Origin: Eubacteriales bacterium
Lineage (GTDB): Bacteria; Bacillota; Clostridia; Oscillospirales; CAG-382
Direction: 5' to 3'
Length of the DNA: 64,000 bases
Assembly: GCA_045595165.1 (NCBI GenBank)
Contig: JAZNZY010000005.1
Span: forward strand, 22,945-86,944
Shown: positions 19,301-28,360 of the stretch, one piece after another
Position numbering within the stretch: position 1 is the first letter of the stretch
How the letters are laid out: each line of letters begins with the position of its first letter
Program-made: the position numbers and the translations under genes
The notes under the pieces: model-generated
Seen by the model: only the letters and a program-made list of their open reading frames with translations
The model's database searches: none
Told to the model about the DNA's origin: nothing

Positions 19301-19509
19301 TTAACAAGGACGGAAGCGTATCCGCAAGAAGCGTAAGCGCAAAAACTCTGGAGGAATTCGATTCTCTGGAGGAAAAGCTTAAAGGCACTCTGCGCACTAT
19401 GGGGGACAGACTTATATCGGGAGATATGTGTATAACTCCCCTTAAAGAAGGAAGCATAAACGCCTGCAGATATTGCGAATATAAGTCTTTTTGCCGTAGA
19501 GAAAATTGA
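16333..19509 (+). CDS. addB: ATP-dependent helicase/deoxyribonuclease subunit B
   Basis: 1058 aa. GKSGSGKT P-loop, C-terminal IDYKTG nuclease motif, and a Cys cluster ending CRYCEYKSFC. Lies immediately upstream of addA. Confidence 0.92.
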   Translation: MLHRIIGKSGSGKTHIIINKINECISARQQCIVIVPEQQSVAYERKLSSALGDGFNMYCEVLNFERLPNRIARQYGGLNAEYMDAGCRNVLLASAVYGVKDSLSQYALSAEDNDFIKKLGDAAANLKMRGITPDMLCEAAEKVPSPVLKAKLTDMGIILKEYMKKTPDGMYDPNDGLTHVALRKDTPLFFENKTVFIDGCYTYTPQEEEIIKIIVASARDIYVSFLIGEDTELYKETILCSEKIKSFASVCEDTVLTDNRRAKEKSIEYLQDFLWDHSAPEFDGSTENIRILAASDAFEEAAAASSIIHSLIREGYRYRDITVITGNAEKYDGIIDTVFASDGIPCYMSVKDELTTKPLVAFVLSALETAVTDFAPYAVNKYIKNSFCALNVRERDTLSRYVDTWGIRGKRWYDGKPWMMNPDGYTGTLTDYSAHILNTVNSAKEKMMNILQPAYETLVSHELTVRSGVEALYGLLISAEADKRLLARARILMDSGKERESNVTAQIWDTLIDIFDRLVSVCGDEKITPERLHRYLSLMISSRKVGSIPALNDSVTIGNASLIRGENCRACILMGVNDGEFPKAVRRGGLFDERESDMLEQAGIALSLPFFRQQNEERFYFTVAAAAPAEKLYLTYPLGDLSGSSLRPSVAVMRIKELMGTKEERFGEKETDMLYCLPSAKRYSGGIENPYIKKAIDGLWEKEKTEMGLYEEAAFVDHEQSVITLTPSRTDKYASCAFSFFARYLLKLRENKKAAFAAPEIGTFVHSILEEFVSARVEDGVFTPLPDTEREKEVDRLTETYILSVAGEYAEDKRFAYAVKRFKKTLNLIIKNISAEFAQSKFCPSGFEVKIGMGDLPAVEIPTEKGKIRLCGVVDRTDTCVIDGKTYLRVIDYKTGDKRFSFERMEKGLDLQLLMYLFACCAADKTGATLPAGVLYMPASAPKLEGVKEYTDAEEEAVYEFKKSGLVLADPEVIRAMEAEGGGVFIPAKLNKDGSVSARSVSAKTLEEFDSLEEKLKGTLRTMGDRLISGDMCITPLKEGSINACRYCEYKSFCRREN

Positions 19510-19534
19510 TCACACCGAAAAGGAGGAAATGCAT

Positions 19535-22500
19535 ATGCCGGAGTTCACACCGTCGCAAAACAAAGCAATAGACACAAAAGGCGTAAGTATGGTTGTTTCC
19601 GCAGGCGCGGGAAGCGGTAAGACCACCGTTATGACAGAGCGCATACTGCGTTCTCTTCTTGCCGGAAAGGATATAAACAGATATCTTATCGTAACCTTTA
19701 CCAAGGCGGCGGCTGCCGACGTGCGCGAAAAGCTGTACAAAGGACTGATGAAAGCGCAGAGTGAAAAGCCCGCAGACCGCCATATCGCCCGACAGCTTAT
19801 GTCCCTGCCCGGCGCGGACATTTCCACGGTGCACGCATTTTGCTTTTCGAGAATAAAGCAGAATTTTTCCGCTTTGGGAATAACCCCCGACGTGCGCGCC
19901 GCAGACGAAACGGAAGCCGCGCTCCTTATGCAGGAGAGTATGGAAAAGGCGCTGAACGAGGGATATGAAAGCCAAAAAACGGATTTCATGCTGTTGGCAG
20001 ACGGATTTTCCGGACGAAAAAGCGACAAACGCTTTGCGGATATAATGCTGGGATTATACAAGGAATTGCGTGTATATCCCAATTACAGAGAATTTCTGGA
20101 TACCCTCATAGCGGATTTTGAAAAAAACTGCCGAAACGAGGAGTATTCGGACACCGACGTGTGCGCCGTAATAATGGCGGAGGCGAGAGAATGTCTGCTT
20201 ACCGCAAGAGAAGAATGTGAAAAGCTGTGCAAATATGCCACCGACGTTAAGGAGGATATATATTTACCCGCTCTTTTCGCTTTTACCGAGGAGATGGACA
20301 CACTGCTTTCCCTGTTCCCCGCAGGATACGACGCGGTTAAAGAGCGTATAAACGCTATGAAAAATCCCCGTCTGCCCTTGAAGGGATTTAAAAGCGAAGA
20401 GCAAAAAGAAATTATAAGCAAAACCAAAAACGATATTTTTGAAGAAATAAAAAACATACGCAAGCGGTATTTTGTGTTTTCTTCCCGTACAAACCTTACG
20501 GATATGAAAACCAATCTGACCCTTATAAAAGCCGCAAGGGTTTTTTTGAAGGAGTTTGACTCTCTCTACACTTCCGCAAAGGAAAAAGCGGGAGTAATAG
20601 ATTTTTCCGACCAGGAGCATCTTATGCTTTCGCTGTTGGAAAAGGACGGTGCCCCCACGCCTCTGTGCCTTGAAATGAGGGGCAGCTTTGACGAGATCTA
20701 CGTGGACGAATATCAGGACACAAACCCCTTGCAGGACAGAATATTCACCCTGCTTTCCTCCGACAACCGCTTTATGGTGGGCGACGTTAAGCAGAGTATA
20801 TACCGTTTCAGAAGCGCACACCCCGATATTTTCAGGGGTTACTGTAACGCTTTCGGTAAGACGAAAAACACCGAAAAAGTGATATTGCGGGAAAATTTCC
20901 GCTGTGACGAGAATATTATAAAGTTTTGCAACAATGTGTTTTCCGGAATAAAAGAGATAAGCGACAGTATGAATTATTCCGAGGAAGCCTTAATATTTGC
21001 AAAAAAGGAAAATACGGGAGAAAAGCCCGTACGCTTTACCGTGATCACCGGCGGGGAAGACCTGACCGCCGAGGAAAAGCAACAAGCGGAAGCGGAATAC
21101 ATAGCAGACCGTATAAACAAGCTGATCGGTGCCCCGAAAAACGACGGCACGCCTATATGCTACGGCGATATTGCCATACTTTTTACCGCGCTTAAAAGCA
21201 ATATAAGCGTATATAAAAAGGTTTTTGAGCAGGTAGGAATACCCTTTAAAGCCGAAAAAAGCGAAAGCTTGCTGGATAAGCAGGAAATACTCCTTGCCGT
21301 CGCCGCTTTGAAGGCGGTAGACAACCCCACGGCAGATATACCTCTGGCAAGCGTAATGCGTTCTCCCCTGTTTTGCTTTACCGCAGACGAAATGCTTAAA
21401 ATACGCCGCTGTGTGAAAAGCGATTGTCTTTACGATTGCTTGCAGGGTGCGGCAGGGGCTTATAAAGAGGACAGAGAAAAAGGCAAGCGTTACCGCTGTT
21501 TCCCCTCCGTGCTGAGTGCAACACCCATCCCCCGCAGGATAGTAAAGGCGGAAAAGGGATTTATAAGCCGCGCGGTGAGCGAAAAATGCAAAAATATGCT
21601 TTACAAAATACATTTGTGGCGGCTTGCAGCCGAGGGAACTCCCGCCCACAGATTTATTTGGCAGCTTTACAACGAAAGCGGCATTATACCCGCCGTGCTG
21701 AGCGAAAAAGGCGGAGAGAAAAAATACCGCAATCTTATGCTGCTGTACGATTTCGCCCGAAGATTTGAGGAAACTTCCTACAAGGGCTTAAACGCATTTT
21801 TGAAATACCTTGACGAAACCGAGGACCTTGAGGAGGCAAAAGCCCCCGACGAGGGCGGTAACACCGTAAAGCTTATGACCATACACCGTTCCAAGGGACT
21901 TGAGTTCCCCGTGGTATTTCTTGCGGATACAGACAGAAAGTTCAGAGGCGAAAGCGGAAGCGATTTTATACTGCGCAAGGACGGTATCGGAGTAAGATTC
22001 TCCCAGTACGGAGGCATGCTTACCAAAAACAACTGCGTAACCGACAGCCTGCTTATAAAAGAGCTTTGTGACAGCACCGCCGAAGAGGCGAGAAAGCTTT
22101 ACGTTGCCCTTACCCGAGGCAGAGAACGGCTTTTCGTTACAGCAAAAGCCGAAGATGTTTCAGATCTGGGCGGAAATATGCGCACAGGCATTTGCCACGC
22201 CGACTGGATAATACAGGCGGTGGGAACCGAAGGTGCATCCTTTTACGTTTTTGAAACGGTGGATTGCCAAAATGTAAAAGCAGACGAATCCGTTAATGAA
22301 AAAAGGATATTCCTCCCGCCCGAATCAGATCTGCGGGAAAGGCTCACCTTTGTTTACCCCGAAAGCGGCTGGGATACTCCCGCAAAAATTTCCGTTTCGG
22401 AAATACGGCCCGGACTTTTGGAGGAGGAAGAGTATACCCGAACTGTAACTCACAGCCGTATTTTACGCAAGCCCGCTTTCCTTGGAAAAGCGGGAATATC

Positions 22501-22999
22501 CGCCGCAGACAAGGGCACGGCAAACCATTTGTTTATGCAGTTTGCAGATTTTGAAAACGTAATGAAAAACGGCGTAGAGGAAGAAGCCCGCCGTCTTGCG
22601 GAAAAAGGCTTTATAACCGACGAACAGCTTTCGCTTATGAGCTACACGGCTCTTGATAAATTCTTTTCATCCGACCTTTACCGCCGTATGCGGGAATCAA
22701 AAGCACTCTACCGCGAAAAACGCTTTTCCGTGGAGGAGAGCGATACAGTGGTAGGCGGCACGGGAAAGGAAAGAATACTGGTTCAGGGAGTTATAGACTG
22801 CTTTTTCCAAAATCCCGACGGAACCTACACTGTAGTGGACTACAAGACCGACCGCACCACCGATAAAAACGAGCTTATTGCGCGTCACAGAGCACAGATA
22901 AGCTTTTACCGAGCGGCAGTGGAGCGTATGACGGGTAAAACCGTATCCAAAGCGGTCATATATTCATTCTCTATCGGAGATGAAATAGAGGTAATATAA
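19535..22999 (+). CDS. addA: ATP-dependent helicase/nuclease subunit A
   Basis: UvrD motifs AGAGSGKTTVM and VDEYQDTN, C-terminal VVDYKTD nuclease motif. Start taken at the second ATG (8 nt after GGAGG); the track start is 19529. Confidence 0.95.
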   Translation: MPEFTPSQNKAIDTKGVSMVVSAGAGSGKTTVMTERILRSLLAGKDINRYLIVTFTKAAAADVREKLYKGLMKAQSEKPADRHIARQLMSLPGADISTVHAFCFSRIKQNFSALGITPDVRAADETEAALLMQESMEKALNEGYESQKTDFMLLADGFSGRKSDKRFADIMLGLYKELRVYPNYREFLDTLIADFEKNCRNEEYSDTDVCAVIMAEARECLLTAREECEKLCKYATDVKEDIYLPALFAFTEEMDTLLSLFPAGYDAVKERINAMKNPRLPLKGFKSEEQKEIISKTKNDIFEEIKNIRKRYFVFSSRTNLTDMKTNLTLIKAARVFLKEFDSLYTSAKEKAGVIDFSDQEHLMLSLLEKDGAPTPLCLEMRGSFDEIYVDEYQDTNPLQDRIFTLLSSDNRFMVGDVKQSIYRFRSAHPDIFRGYCNAFGKTKNTEKVILRENFRCDENIIKFCNNVFSGIKEISDSMNYSEEALIFAKKENTGEKPVRFTVITGGEDLTAEEKQQAEAEYIADRINKLIGAPKNDGTPICYGDIAILFTALKSNISVYKKVFEQVGIPFKAEKSESLLDKQEILLAVAALKAVDNPTADIPLASVMRSPLFCFTADEMLKIRRCVKSDCLYDCLQGAAGAYKEDREKGKRYRCFPSVLSATPIPRRIVKAEKGFISRAVSEKCKNMLYKIHLWRLAAEGTPAHRFIWQLYNESGIIPAVLSEKGGEKKYRNLMLLYDFARRFEETSYKGLNAFLKYLDETEDLEEAKAPDEGGNTVKLMTIHRSKGLEFPVVFLADTDRKFRGESGSDFILRKDGIGVRFSQYGGMLTKNNCVTDSLLIKELCDSTAEEARKLYVALTRGRERLFVTAKAEDVSDLGGNMRTGICHADWIIQAVGTEGASFYVFETVDCQNVKADESVNEKRIFLPPESDLRERLTFVYPESGWDTPAKISVSEIRPGLLEEEEYTRTVTHSRILRKPAFLGKAGISAADKGTANHLFMQFADFENVMKNGVEEEARRLAEKGFITDEQLSLMSYTALDKFFSSDLYRRMRESKALYREKRFSVEESDTVVGGTGKERILVQGVIDCFFQNPDGTYTVVDYKTDRTTDKNELIARHRAQISFYRAAVERMTGKTVSKAVIYSFSIGDEIEVI

Positions 23000-23049
23000 C
23001 GAGAAACTGTGGTTGATTTTTGTTCACGGAACAAAAATCTTCCTTAATT

Positions 23050-23077
23050 CCTCATTCATCATTTCTCATTCATCATT
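23050..23077 (+). repeat. tandem 14-nt direct repeat
   Basis: CTCATTCATCATT appears twice (23051-23063 and 23065-23077), just before the bidirectional terminator. Confidence 0.6.
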
Positions 23078-23107
23078 AAAAAACGCCCGAAAATATCGGG
23101 CGTTTTT
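23078..23107. terminator. bidirectional terminator (addA / M23 gene)
   Basis: AAAAAACGCCCGA-aaata-TCGGGCGTTTTT. Confidence 0.8.
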
Positions 23108-23109
23108 GT

Positions 23110-23784
23110 TTACTTATTAACTTTGTCCAGATATATCTGAGGATCTACCTGATTATCGCTTATCTTTACTTCAAAATGGAGATGAGGAACGGTTGCGGAT
23201 TCAATAATGGCAGTTTCACCAACCGTACCGATCTGCTGTCCCGCTTTTACGGAAGCACCCACCTCAATACCTTCGGAAAGCGTTGCGTCCAGATTTGCAT
23301 ATACGGTAGACACCTTATTTTCGTGAGCGATCTCCACCACGGTACCGTAAAAAGCATCATTATAGATGGCGGATACCATTCCGTCGGTATAGCTTACTAC
23401 AGCAGTACCCTTTTCGGCGGCGATATCAACGCCGGTGTGGGTTCGGTAATCCTGCATGGTGGGCGAAAACACCAGCTCGGTAACAGAATGTGCGGTAACG
23501 ATATTTCCCGAAACGGGCATACGGTATTCGGGCGCGGGAATAATATCCGCAGGAATATCGGTAGGATTATTGCCTACGGGAGTATCCGAAATGTCGGGAA
23601 GCTGTATCGAAGGTACGGATATTTCGGGCAGAGAAATATCATCCGCTTGATTTATGGAATAAATGCTTATTGCCATAACCGCCACGGTAACCACAGCTGC
23701 CGTCATATACACATACGCAGAATACCGCTTAAAAACCTTTGCCGCAGGTATCTTTTTGAATTTAAAGCCCTTTTTTTCCTTCAT
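23110..23784 (-). CDS. membrane-anchored M23/LytM peptidase, SpoIIQ-like
   Basis: N-terminal TM segment (YVYMTAAVVTVAVMAISIY) plus a LytM domain with intact HTGVD (HxxxD) and PHLHF (HxH). Adjacent to SpoIID-type genes. Confidence 0.8.
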   Translation of the reverse strand: MKEKKGFKFKKIPAAKVFKRYSAYVYMTAAVVTVAVMAISIYSINQADDISLPEISVPSIQLPDISDTPVGNNPTDIPADIIPAPEYRMPVSGNIVTAHSVTELVFSPTMQDYRTHTGVDIAAEKGTAVVSYTDGMVSAIYNDAFYGTVVEIAHENKVSTVYANLDATLSEGIEVGASVKAGQQIGTVGETAIIESATVPHLHFEVKISDNQVDPQIYLDKVNK

Positions 23785-23793
23785 ATTAAAGAA

Positions 23794-23840
23794 ATCCCCC
23801 TTTTATATTTCGGTTTTATTTTGCCCATATAAAGGGGGAT
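23794..23840 (-). promoter_or_regulatory. SD-sequestering hairpin ahead of the M23/SpoIIQ-like gene
   Basis: On the minus strand, ATCCCCCTTT pairs with AAAGGGGGAT (10 bp). The latter is the RBS, about 10 nt before ATG 23784. Confidence 0.45.
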
Positions 23841-23844
23841 ATAT

Positions 23845-24630
23845 TCATACCAAACGAGTTATTTCCGCGCCGTAGAAATAATTGCATATTATTTGTTTAT
23901 AGGTTTTGCCGTCAGATGCCAGCAGATATGTCCCGTAAAGAGAAAGTCCCAAACCGTTTCCCTCTCCCTTGGTTAACACGGTATAGCCTCCGTCGGCGTT
24001 GAGATGTAAAGAAAAATCCACGCTTGAAACAGAAAAATATTTTATAAATTCCAAAACGTCTGCATCTTCTTTTTCAAACGATATCCGTTTTGCCTTTCCG
24101 TCCTTCCCATAGGAAACCCCCTTTACCTCCCCTTTTCCGAAGGAAAGCATTTCTTCCCGCGTGATGACCGCTTCCCCGTAAAACAACGGATATGAGCTTT
24201 CGTCGGGCGTGAAGGAGGCTTTAAGATAGGGCTCGGTTCCGTCGGCGGTATTCTGATAAGAGCTTGCGTGAAAGCAAGCGTTAATGATCTTGCCGTTAAA
24301 TGTTATGTATTCTCCCGATGTGGCGTTCACCGCTTCCTTCATAGCGCTATACACCTTTTTGCCGTGTTCTTCGGAGGTTAAAGCACATATATCCTCATAC
24401 CTTCCCTCGGGCAGTACCTTTCCGTGAAACGCAGTGTAGGTGCGCAGAGTTACGGCGATCGCCTTTAAGGCTTCGGCAGGCAAAATGTCGGTGCCCATTC
24501 CCAGCATAACGGCAAGAACGTATTCGTCATCGGGTAAAACGTACTCCGTCTTTTCTCCCACGGAAGGATACAACGGCAAAAGCGCCACCCATAAAAAAGT
24601 GAATAAAAAAAGAAGCAGAAAATTCTTCAT
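23845..24630 (-). CDS. SpoIID-domain paralog, probably non-catalytic
   Basis: Signal/anchor followed by EYVLAVMLGMGTDILPAEALKAIAVTLRTY, which resembles the SpoIID block but lacks the Glu of the S/A-E-(M/I) motif. Confidence 0.6.
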   Translation of the reverse strand: MKNFLLLFLFTFLWVALLPLYPSVGEKTEYVLPDDEYVLAVMLGMGTDILPAEALKAIAVTLRTYTAFHGKVLPEGRYEDICALTSEEHGKKVYSAMKEAVNATSGEYITFNGKIINACFHASSYQNTADGTEPYLKASFTPDESSYPLFYGEAVITREEMLSFGKGEVKGVSYGKDGKAKRISFEKEDADVLEFIKYFSVSSVDFSLHLNADGGYTVLTKGEGNGLGLSLYGTYLLASDGKTYKQIICNYFYGAEITRLV

Positions 24631-24676
24631 AAAAAAGATATCCTTTCTGCTTCAATTATATTCGGTTTTAAAAAAA

Positions 24677-25519
24677 CTATGCCTCTGCGGATACGGTCGT
24701 TTCCTCTTCAACCGCAGCGGAAATAAATACCAGACGGCAGGCGATATAGAATACCATTACCAGATCCGCAATGCAGAACACGGTCACATCAGTAAACTTT
24801 ATGGGCCAGAACAAAGAAAGATACAAAGCGGGAACGCTGTACGTAAGAACCAGCATACAAGTTACGAGCCCTAAAAATGCGTACATCTTTTTGCGGCGGT
24901 AGCCCACTGTATTTCTTCCCTCACAGCACAAAAACAGCAAAAGCGATGCAAGTCCCACAAGGTGGTAGCTGTATGAAGATGCGTTTACGGTCAGGCTTCG
25001 CTCCATAAAATCATTAAGCAATCTCACCGCGGTAAACAAAATAGGAGCAACGGAAAGAACGGGTATAACACGCTTGAGCCGTGCCTTTGCCCGACGGGAG
25101 GATATGCAGAGAAAATAAACGGCGGAAACTACCGCAAGCACCAACACACCGATAAACCAACCGGAAAAACGCCTTTTCTCAAAAACAAAGAGGTAGCCGT
25201 AATAAACAACTAACGTTAACAGCGTCATTCCCAAAAGGGCGGATGCGAAATTAACAAGTGCGTTATCCTTTTCGGGAAAGCGCTTTATCTTACCTGCAAA
25301 TATTGCAGAGCCGACCAAAAACAGCAAAGCAAATACTGCGCAGAATACGGCAAACACCGTAGGCGCATTGCTTCCCTCAAGATAATACAGCCCGTCCTTG
25401 CCGAGGGATTCCATTTCTATGTTATCCGTAACAAGAAACAGACGCACTACAGACATACAGACCGATGCAATTAACGAAACTAATATAAATATATTGTATT
25501 TTTTAACATTTCCCGACAT
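24677..25519 (-). CDS. polytopic membrane protein, uncharacterised
   Basis: 280 aa with about 8 hydrophobic segments. Located between the two SpoIID-type genes. Confidence 0.6.
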   Translation of the reverse strand: MSGNVKKYNIFILVSLIASVCMSVVRLFLVTDNIEMESLGKDGLYYLEGSNAPTVFAVFCAVFALLFLVGSAIFAGKIKRFPEKDNALVNFASALLGMTLLTLVVYYGYLFVFEKRRFSGWFIGVLVLAVVSAVYFLCISSRRAKARLKRVIPVLSVAPILFTAVRLLNDFMERSLTVNASSYSYHLVGLASLLLFLCCEGRNTVGYRRKKMYAFLGLVTCMLVLTYSVPALYLSLFWPIKFTDVTVFCIADLVMVFYIACRLVFISAAVEEETTVSAEA

Positions 25520-25614
25520 AAGGTTTTCCCCTTCTCGTAGCGTACGGGTAATTATACAATGTTTTTTTTGAATTGTAAAGAACCCTCGGGATTTATTTGC
25601 AGTTTGTTAAAAAT

Positions 25615-26904
25615 TTACCAATCAAAATCCGTGCAGGGCATAATGACCGTGCCGGGAAAATAAAAGGCAAGTATGCTTTGCCAGGAATGACCCTCAACAC
25701 CCATCTGGTGTCCTCCCCGCTGGCTGTAGCCCACACCGTGTCCGTTTCCGATACCGTGTATGGTTATTCCGCCGGGAACGGGCTCGATAGTAAAATTGGC
25801 ACATCTTACGCCCAGAACAGCCATAATGTTGCCGCCGAACTTTATTTCGCTTACCTTACCTGCGGTATCCACTATATTTAATCGGTAAACATAGGTGCCT
25901 CCGTAAGGGTCGGTTTCGGCAATGGTAACCGCCGCAACGGATCCCGTGGTGGTATATGCTTTAAGTCTTTTGCTTAATTGCTCGTAGGTATAGGTTACTT
26001 CCCACCGTCCGCCGTAATCAAGGGGCTCGTTTTCGTACCTGACTACGCGAAGATAGGGTATATCCGCTCCCACCCACGCCGCAAAGCTGGAGCAGGAGTT
26101 GTATCCGTGGCTGGAGCTGTACGCCACCAGACAAGGAACACCGTTATAGGTAAGCACCATTCCCTTGGTATCGTCCACGGCTTTATCGTTTGTTTCATCG
26201 CGGTGATGGGTGCCTCTGTAGGACTGACAGCAGTTAAAGCAGCAAAGATCAAATTCCTCGCCATGGTCCTTTGCCACGAAAACCAGAGTACGGCATATTA
26301 CCGCAAAGGCTTTTCGGCTTTCATAAGAGCCGTCCGCGCCGATCTCCGCAGAAAGCACGCCTTTTACGTAAGTTTCTATATCTACGCGGTTGACAACGGT
26401 TATACCGTATCTTCCGCAGGTCAGCAGTATCGTACCCTCATATGCCCAGCCGGTCGAAGAAAGAGTGATCTCCGAACCCGAGCGCACGCACGCCTTTTGA
26501 CACACCTGCCCGTCCACATACATAATTCCGTTTTCCCATTTTACGGAAAGCGTCTTATACACATCCCCTCCGTAAAGCAGCATATCTCCCTCGCTTGCGG
26601 TCAGTTCAAGTGATCTATAAGCGTCCCTTCCGTAGCTGAGTCCCACGTCTATCAGACGGTCCTGTACCGTTTCGGTTTCGGGGCGATGCAAGATAACCGG
26701 GAGCGCAGGTTCGCTGAAATCCGCGTACGTCTGCTCCTCGCTCTCTCCGGAAGAGGAATCCTGCAGTTGGGACAGATCGTCTTCCCCGAAAGACTCGCCG
26801 CCCTCATCCCCGCAAGATGCCAACGAAACCGGCAGCGAAGCGAACAATATAAGCAACGCAAGCAGCACTGCTATTTGTTTTCCAGCAGTTAATTTCGTGA
26901 GCAT
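25615..26904 (-). CDS. spoIID: SpoIID/LytB-domain protein (lytic transglycosylase / amidase-enhancer type)
   Basis: VKGVLSAEIG...SRKAFAVICRT block with the Glu retained, and C-terminal GNGHGVGYSQRGGHQM. Lipoprotein-like N-terminus (PVSLASCG). Confidence 0.75.
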   Translation of the reverse strand: MLTKLTAGKQIAVLLALLILFASLPVSLASCGDEGGESFGEDDLSQLQDSSSGESEEQTYADFSEPALPVILHRPETETVQDRLIDVGLSYGRDAYRSLELTASEGDMLLYGGDVYKTLSVKWENGIMYVDGQVCQKACVRSGSEITLSSTGWAYEGTILLTCGRYGITVVNRVDIETYVKGVLSAEIGADGSYESRKAFAVICRTLVFVAKDHGEEFDLCCFNCCQSYRGTHHRDETNDKAVDDTKGMVLTYNGVPCLVAYSSSHGYNSCSSFAAWVGADIPYLRVVRYENEPLDYGGRWEVTYTYEQLSKRLKAYTTTGSVAAVTIAETDPYGGTYVYRLNIVDTAGKVSEIKFGGNIMAVLGVRCANFTIEPVPGGITIHGIGNGHGVGYSQRGGHQMGVEGHSWQSILAFYFPGTVIMPCTDFDW

Positions 26905-26957
26905 TTTCTTCTCCTTTTAAAAACAAAACTGATCGGAAATATTTGGGATAGTGTAAT

Positions 26958-26985
26958 ATTATACCAAAAAGCAAGGCGTTGTCAA
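26958..26985 (-). promoter_or_regulatory. promoter of the SpoIID/LytB gene
   Basis: TTGACA-16-TGgTATAAT (extended -10). Confidence 0.6.
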
Positions 26986-27070
26986 TGTTTTTTTGAATTT
27001 TTCACCGCAGAAACGGCATAAAACCCATATGTTTTGACAGTTTTACGGGTTAAATTTTGGTTTTTTACAG

Positions 27071-27101
27071 CAAAAAGCCAAGTCGGAAAACGGCTTGGCT
27101 T
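27071..27101 (-). terminator. terminator after the HAD gene
   Basis: AGCCAAG...CTTGGCT stem followed by TTTTT on the minus strand. Confidence 0.7.
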
Positions 27102-27107
27102 TTGAAA

Positions 27108-27794
27108 CTATTTAACGATTTCCGCAATTTTACCCAGATCATCAATTTCATATGTAACGGGAATATCCGTTTTATTGGGCTTGTGCTCAGGGTTAAACCA
27201 ACAGGTATCTATCCCCGCAATAAACCCGCCTTTCATATCGCTTGTGAGGGAATCTCCGATCAAAAGCACCTCGTTTTTGTTGGTTATACCGAGGTTTTCG
27301 AACACGTAATCAAAATACGCTTTGTTCGGTTTTTCTGCACCCACGTTTTCGGATATAAACACGGCGTCAAAAACCTCGTTCAGACCCGAAAGCCGTAATT
27401 TCTTTTCCTGGGCTGTCTTTGTTCCGTTTGTAACGGCGGCAAGAACGTATTTCCCTTTTTGGGAAAGAAGAATATCCTGCGCTTTATCAACAAACTCTAT
27501 ATGGTCCCCAAGGGTTATTTGGTAATCTTCGTTGAAATTTTCCGCTATGCTTGTATCCACGCCTATTTCCCCGAAAAACGCCCGAAACCTTCCGACCAGA
27601 ATTTCTGCTTTGGTAAGCTCGTTCCGTTCCAGCATCTGCCAGTATTTTACGTTTATTCCCGAATACAGCTTTAACATCTCATCACTGCATTCTCCTATTT
27701 TATATTTTTTAAACAGCACTCGTATTGCATACGCCTCTGCCGCAAGGAAATTAAGCACCGTTCCGTCTATATCCCATAACAAATATTTGTACAT
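27108..27794 (-). CDS. HAD-IA hydrolase (YjjG-like nucleotidase/phosphatase)
   Basis: LLWDIDGTV motif I, AVTNG motif II, LLIGDSLTSDMKGG motif III. Start refined to MYKYLLWD. Confidence 0.85.
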   Translation of the reverse strand: MYKYLLWDIDGTVLNFLAAEAYAIRVLFKKYKIGECSDEMLKLYSGINVKYWQMLERNELTKAEILVGRFRAFFGEIGVDTSIAENFNEDYQITLGDHIEFVDKAQDILLSQKGKYVLAAVTNGTKTAQEKKLRLSGLNEVFDAVFISENVGAEKPNKAYFDYVFENLGITNKNEVLLIGDSLTSDMKGGFIAGIDTCWFNPEHKPNKTDIPVTYEIDDLGKIAEIVK

Positions 27795-27811
27795 TACAAT
27801 TCCTTCCTCGC

Positions 27812-28303
27812 TCACCTTTCGGCGATATTTATTTTTACCGTGTACCAAGCTTCGCTTTTATATTCATCCCATTCAATAATAACATTTTTGAATGTAAAGA
27901 GAACCGTAAAAAACGGATCTTTGGATATTGCATCAATAAAATGGGTAGTTCCTTCTTTTATGCCTAAATCTAAAACGGTTAATCCGGACGCTAATTGGTG
28001 CGAAAAGCGGGAATGAGCGGAACTTCCCTTTAAAATGATTTGCGGTTCGGCAGTATGAAGCTCACCATTTTCGTCTTGATGCCAGGTTCTTCCCGGCTCA
28101 TAAGACAGCAGATCGAATCCTTCAAAGGTAATAAGGGCGTTTTCGATTTCCATATCTGTTTCGTGAGAGTTTTGCGCCGTGCCTTTGTGAATATTCAAGC
28201 AATTTGCTTTAACCTTTAAACAGTTGTTTTCAAATGCCACAAGTGAGAATTCCGCATCGTGGAATTCGAAATCAGATAGTCTGTTTACAGAATTATATCT
28301 CAT
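27812..28303 (-). CDS. hypothetical protein
   Basis: 163-aa ORF with its own TTGCAA-17-TATACT promoter and AAAAGGCGG RBS. No motif recognised. Confidence 0.6.
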   Translation of the reverse strand: MRYNSVNRLSDFEFHDAEFSLVAFENNCLKVKANCLNIHKGTAQNSHETDMEIENALITFEGFDLLSYEPGRTWHQDENGELHTAEPQIILKGSSAHSRFSHQLASGLTVLDLGIKEGTTHFIDAISKDPFFTVLFTFKNVIIEWDEYKSEAWYTVKINIAER

Positions 28304-28323
28304 AACATCACCGCCTTTTCATC

Positions 28324-28352
28324 AGTATATTACAATATATGGAAAATTGCAA
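28324..28352 (-). promoter_or_regulatory. promoter of hypothetical gene 27812-28303
   Basis: TTGCAA-17-TATACT, 20 nt upstream of the ATG region. Confidence 0.55.
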
Positions 28353-28360
28353 TGTTCAGT

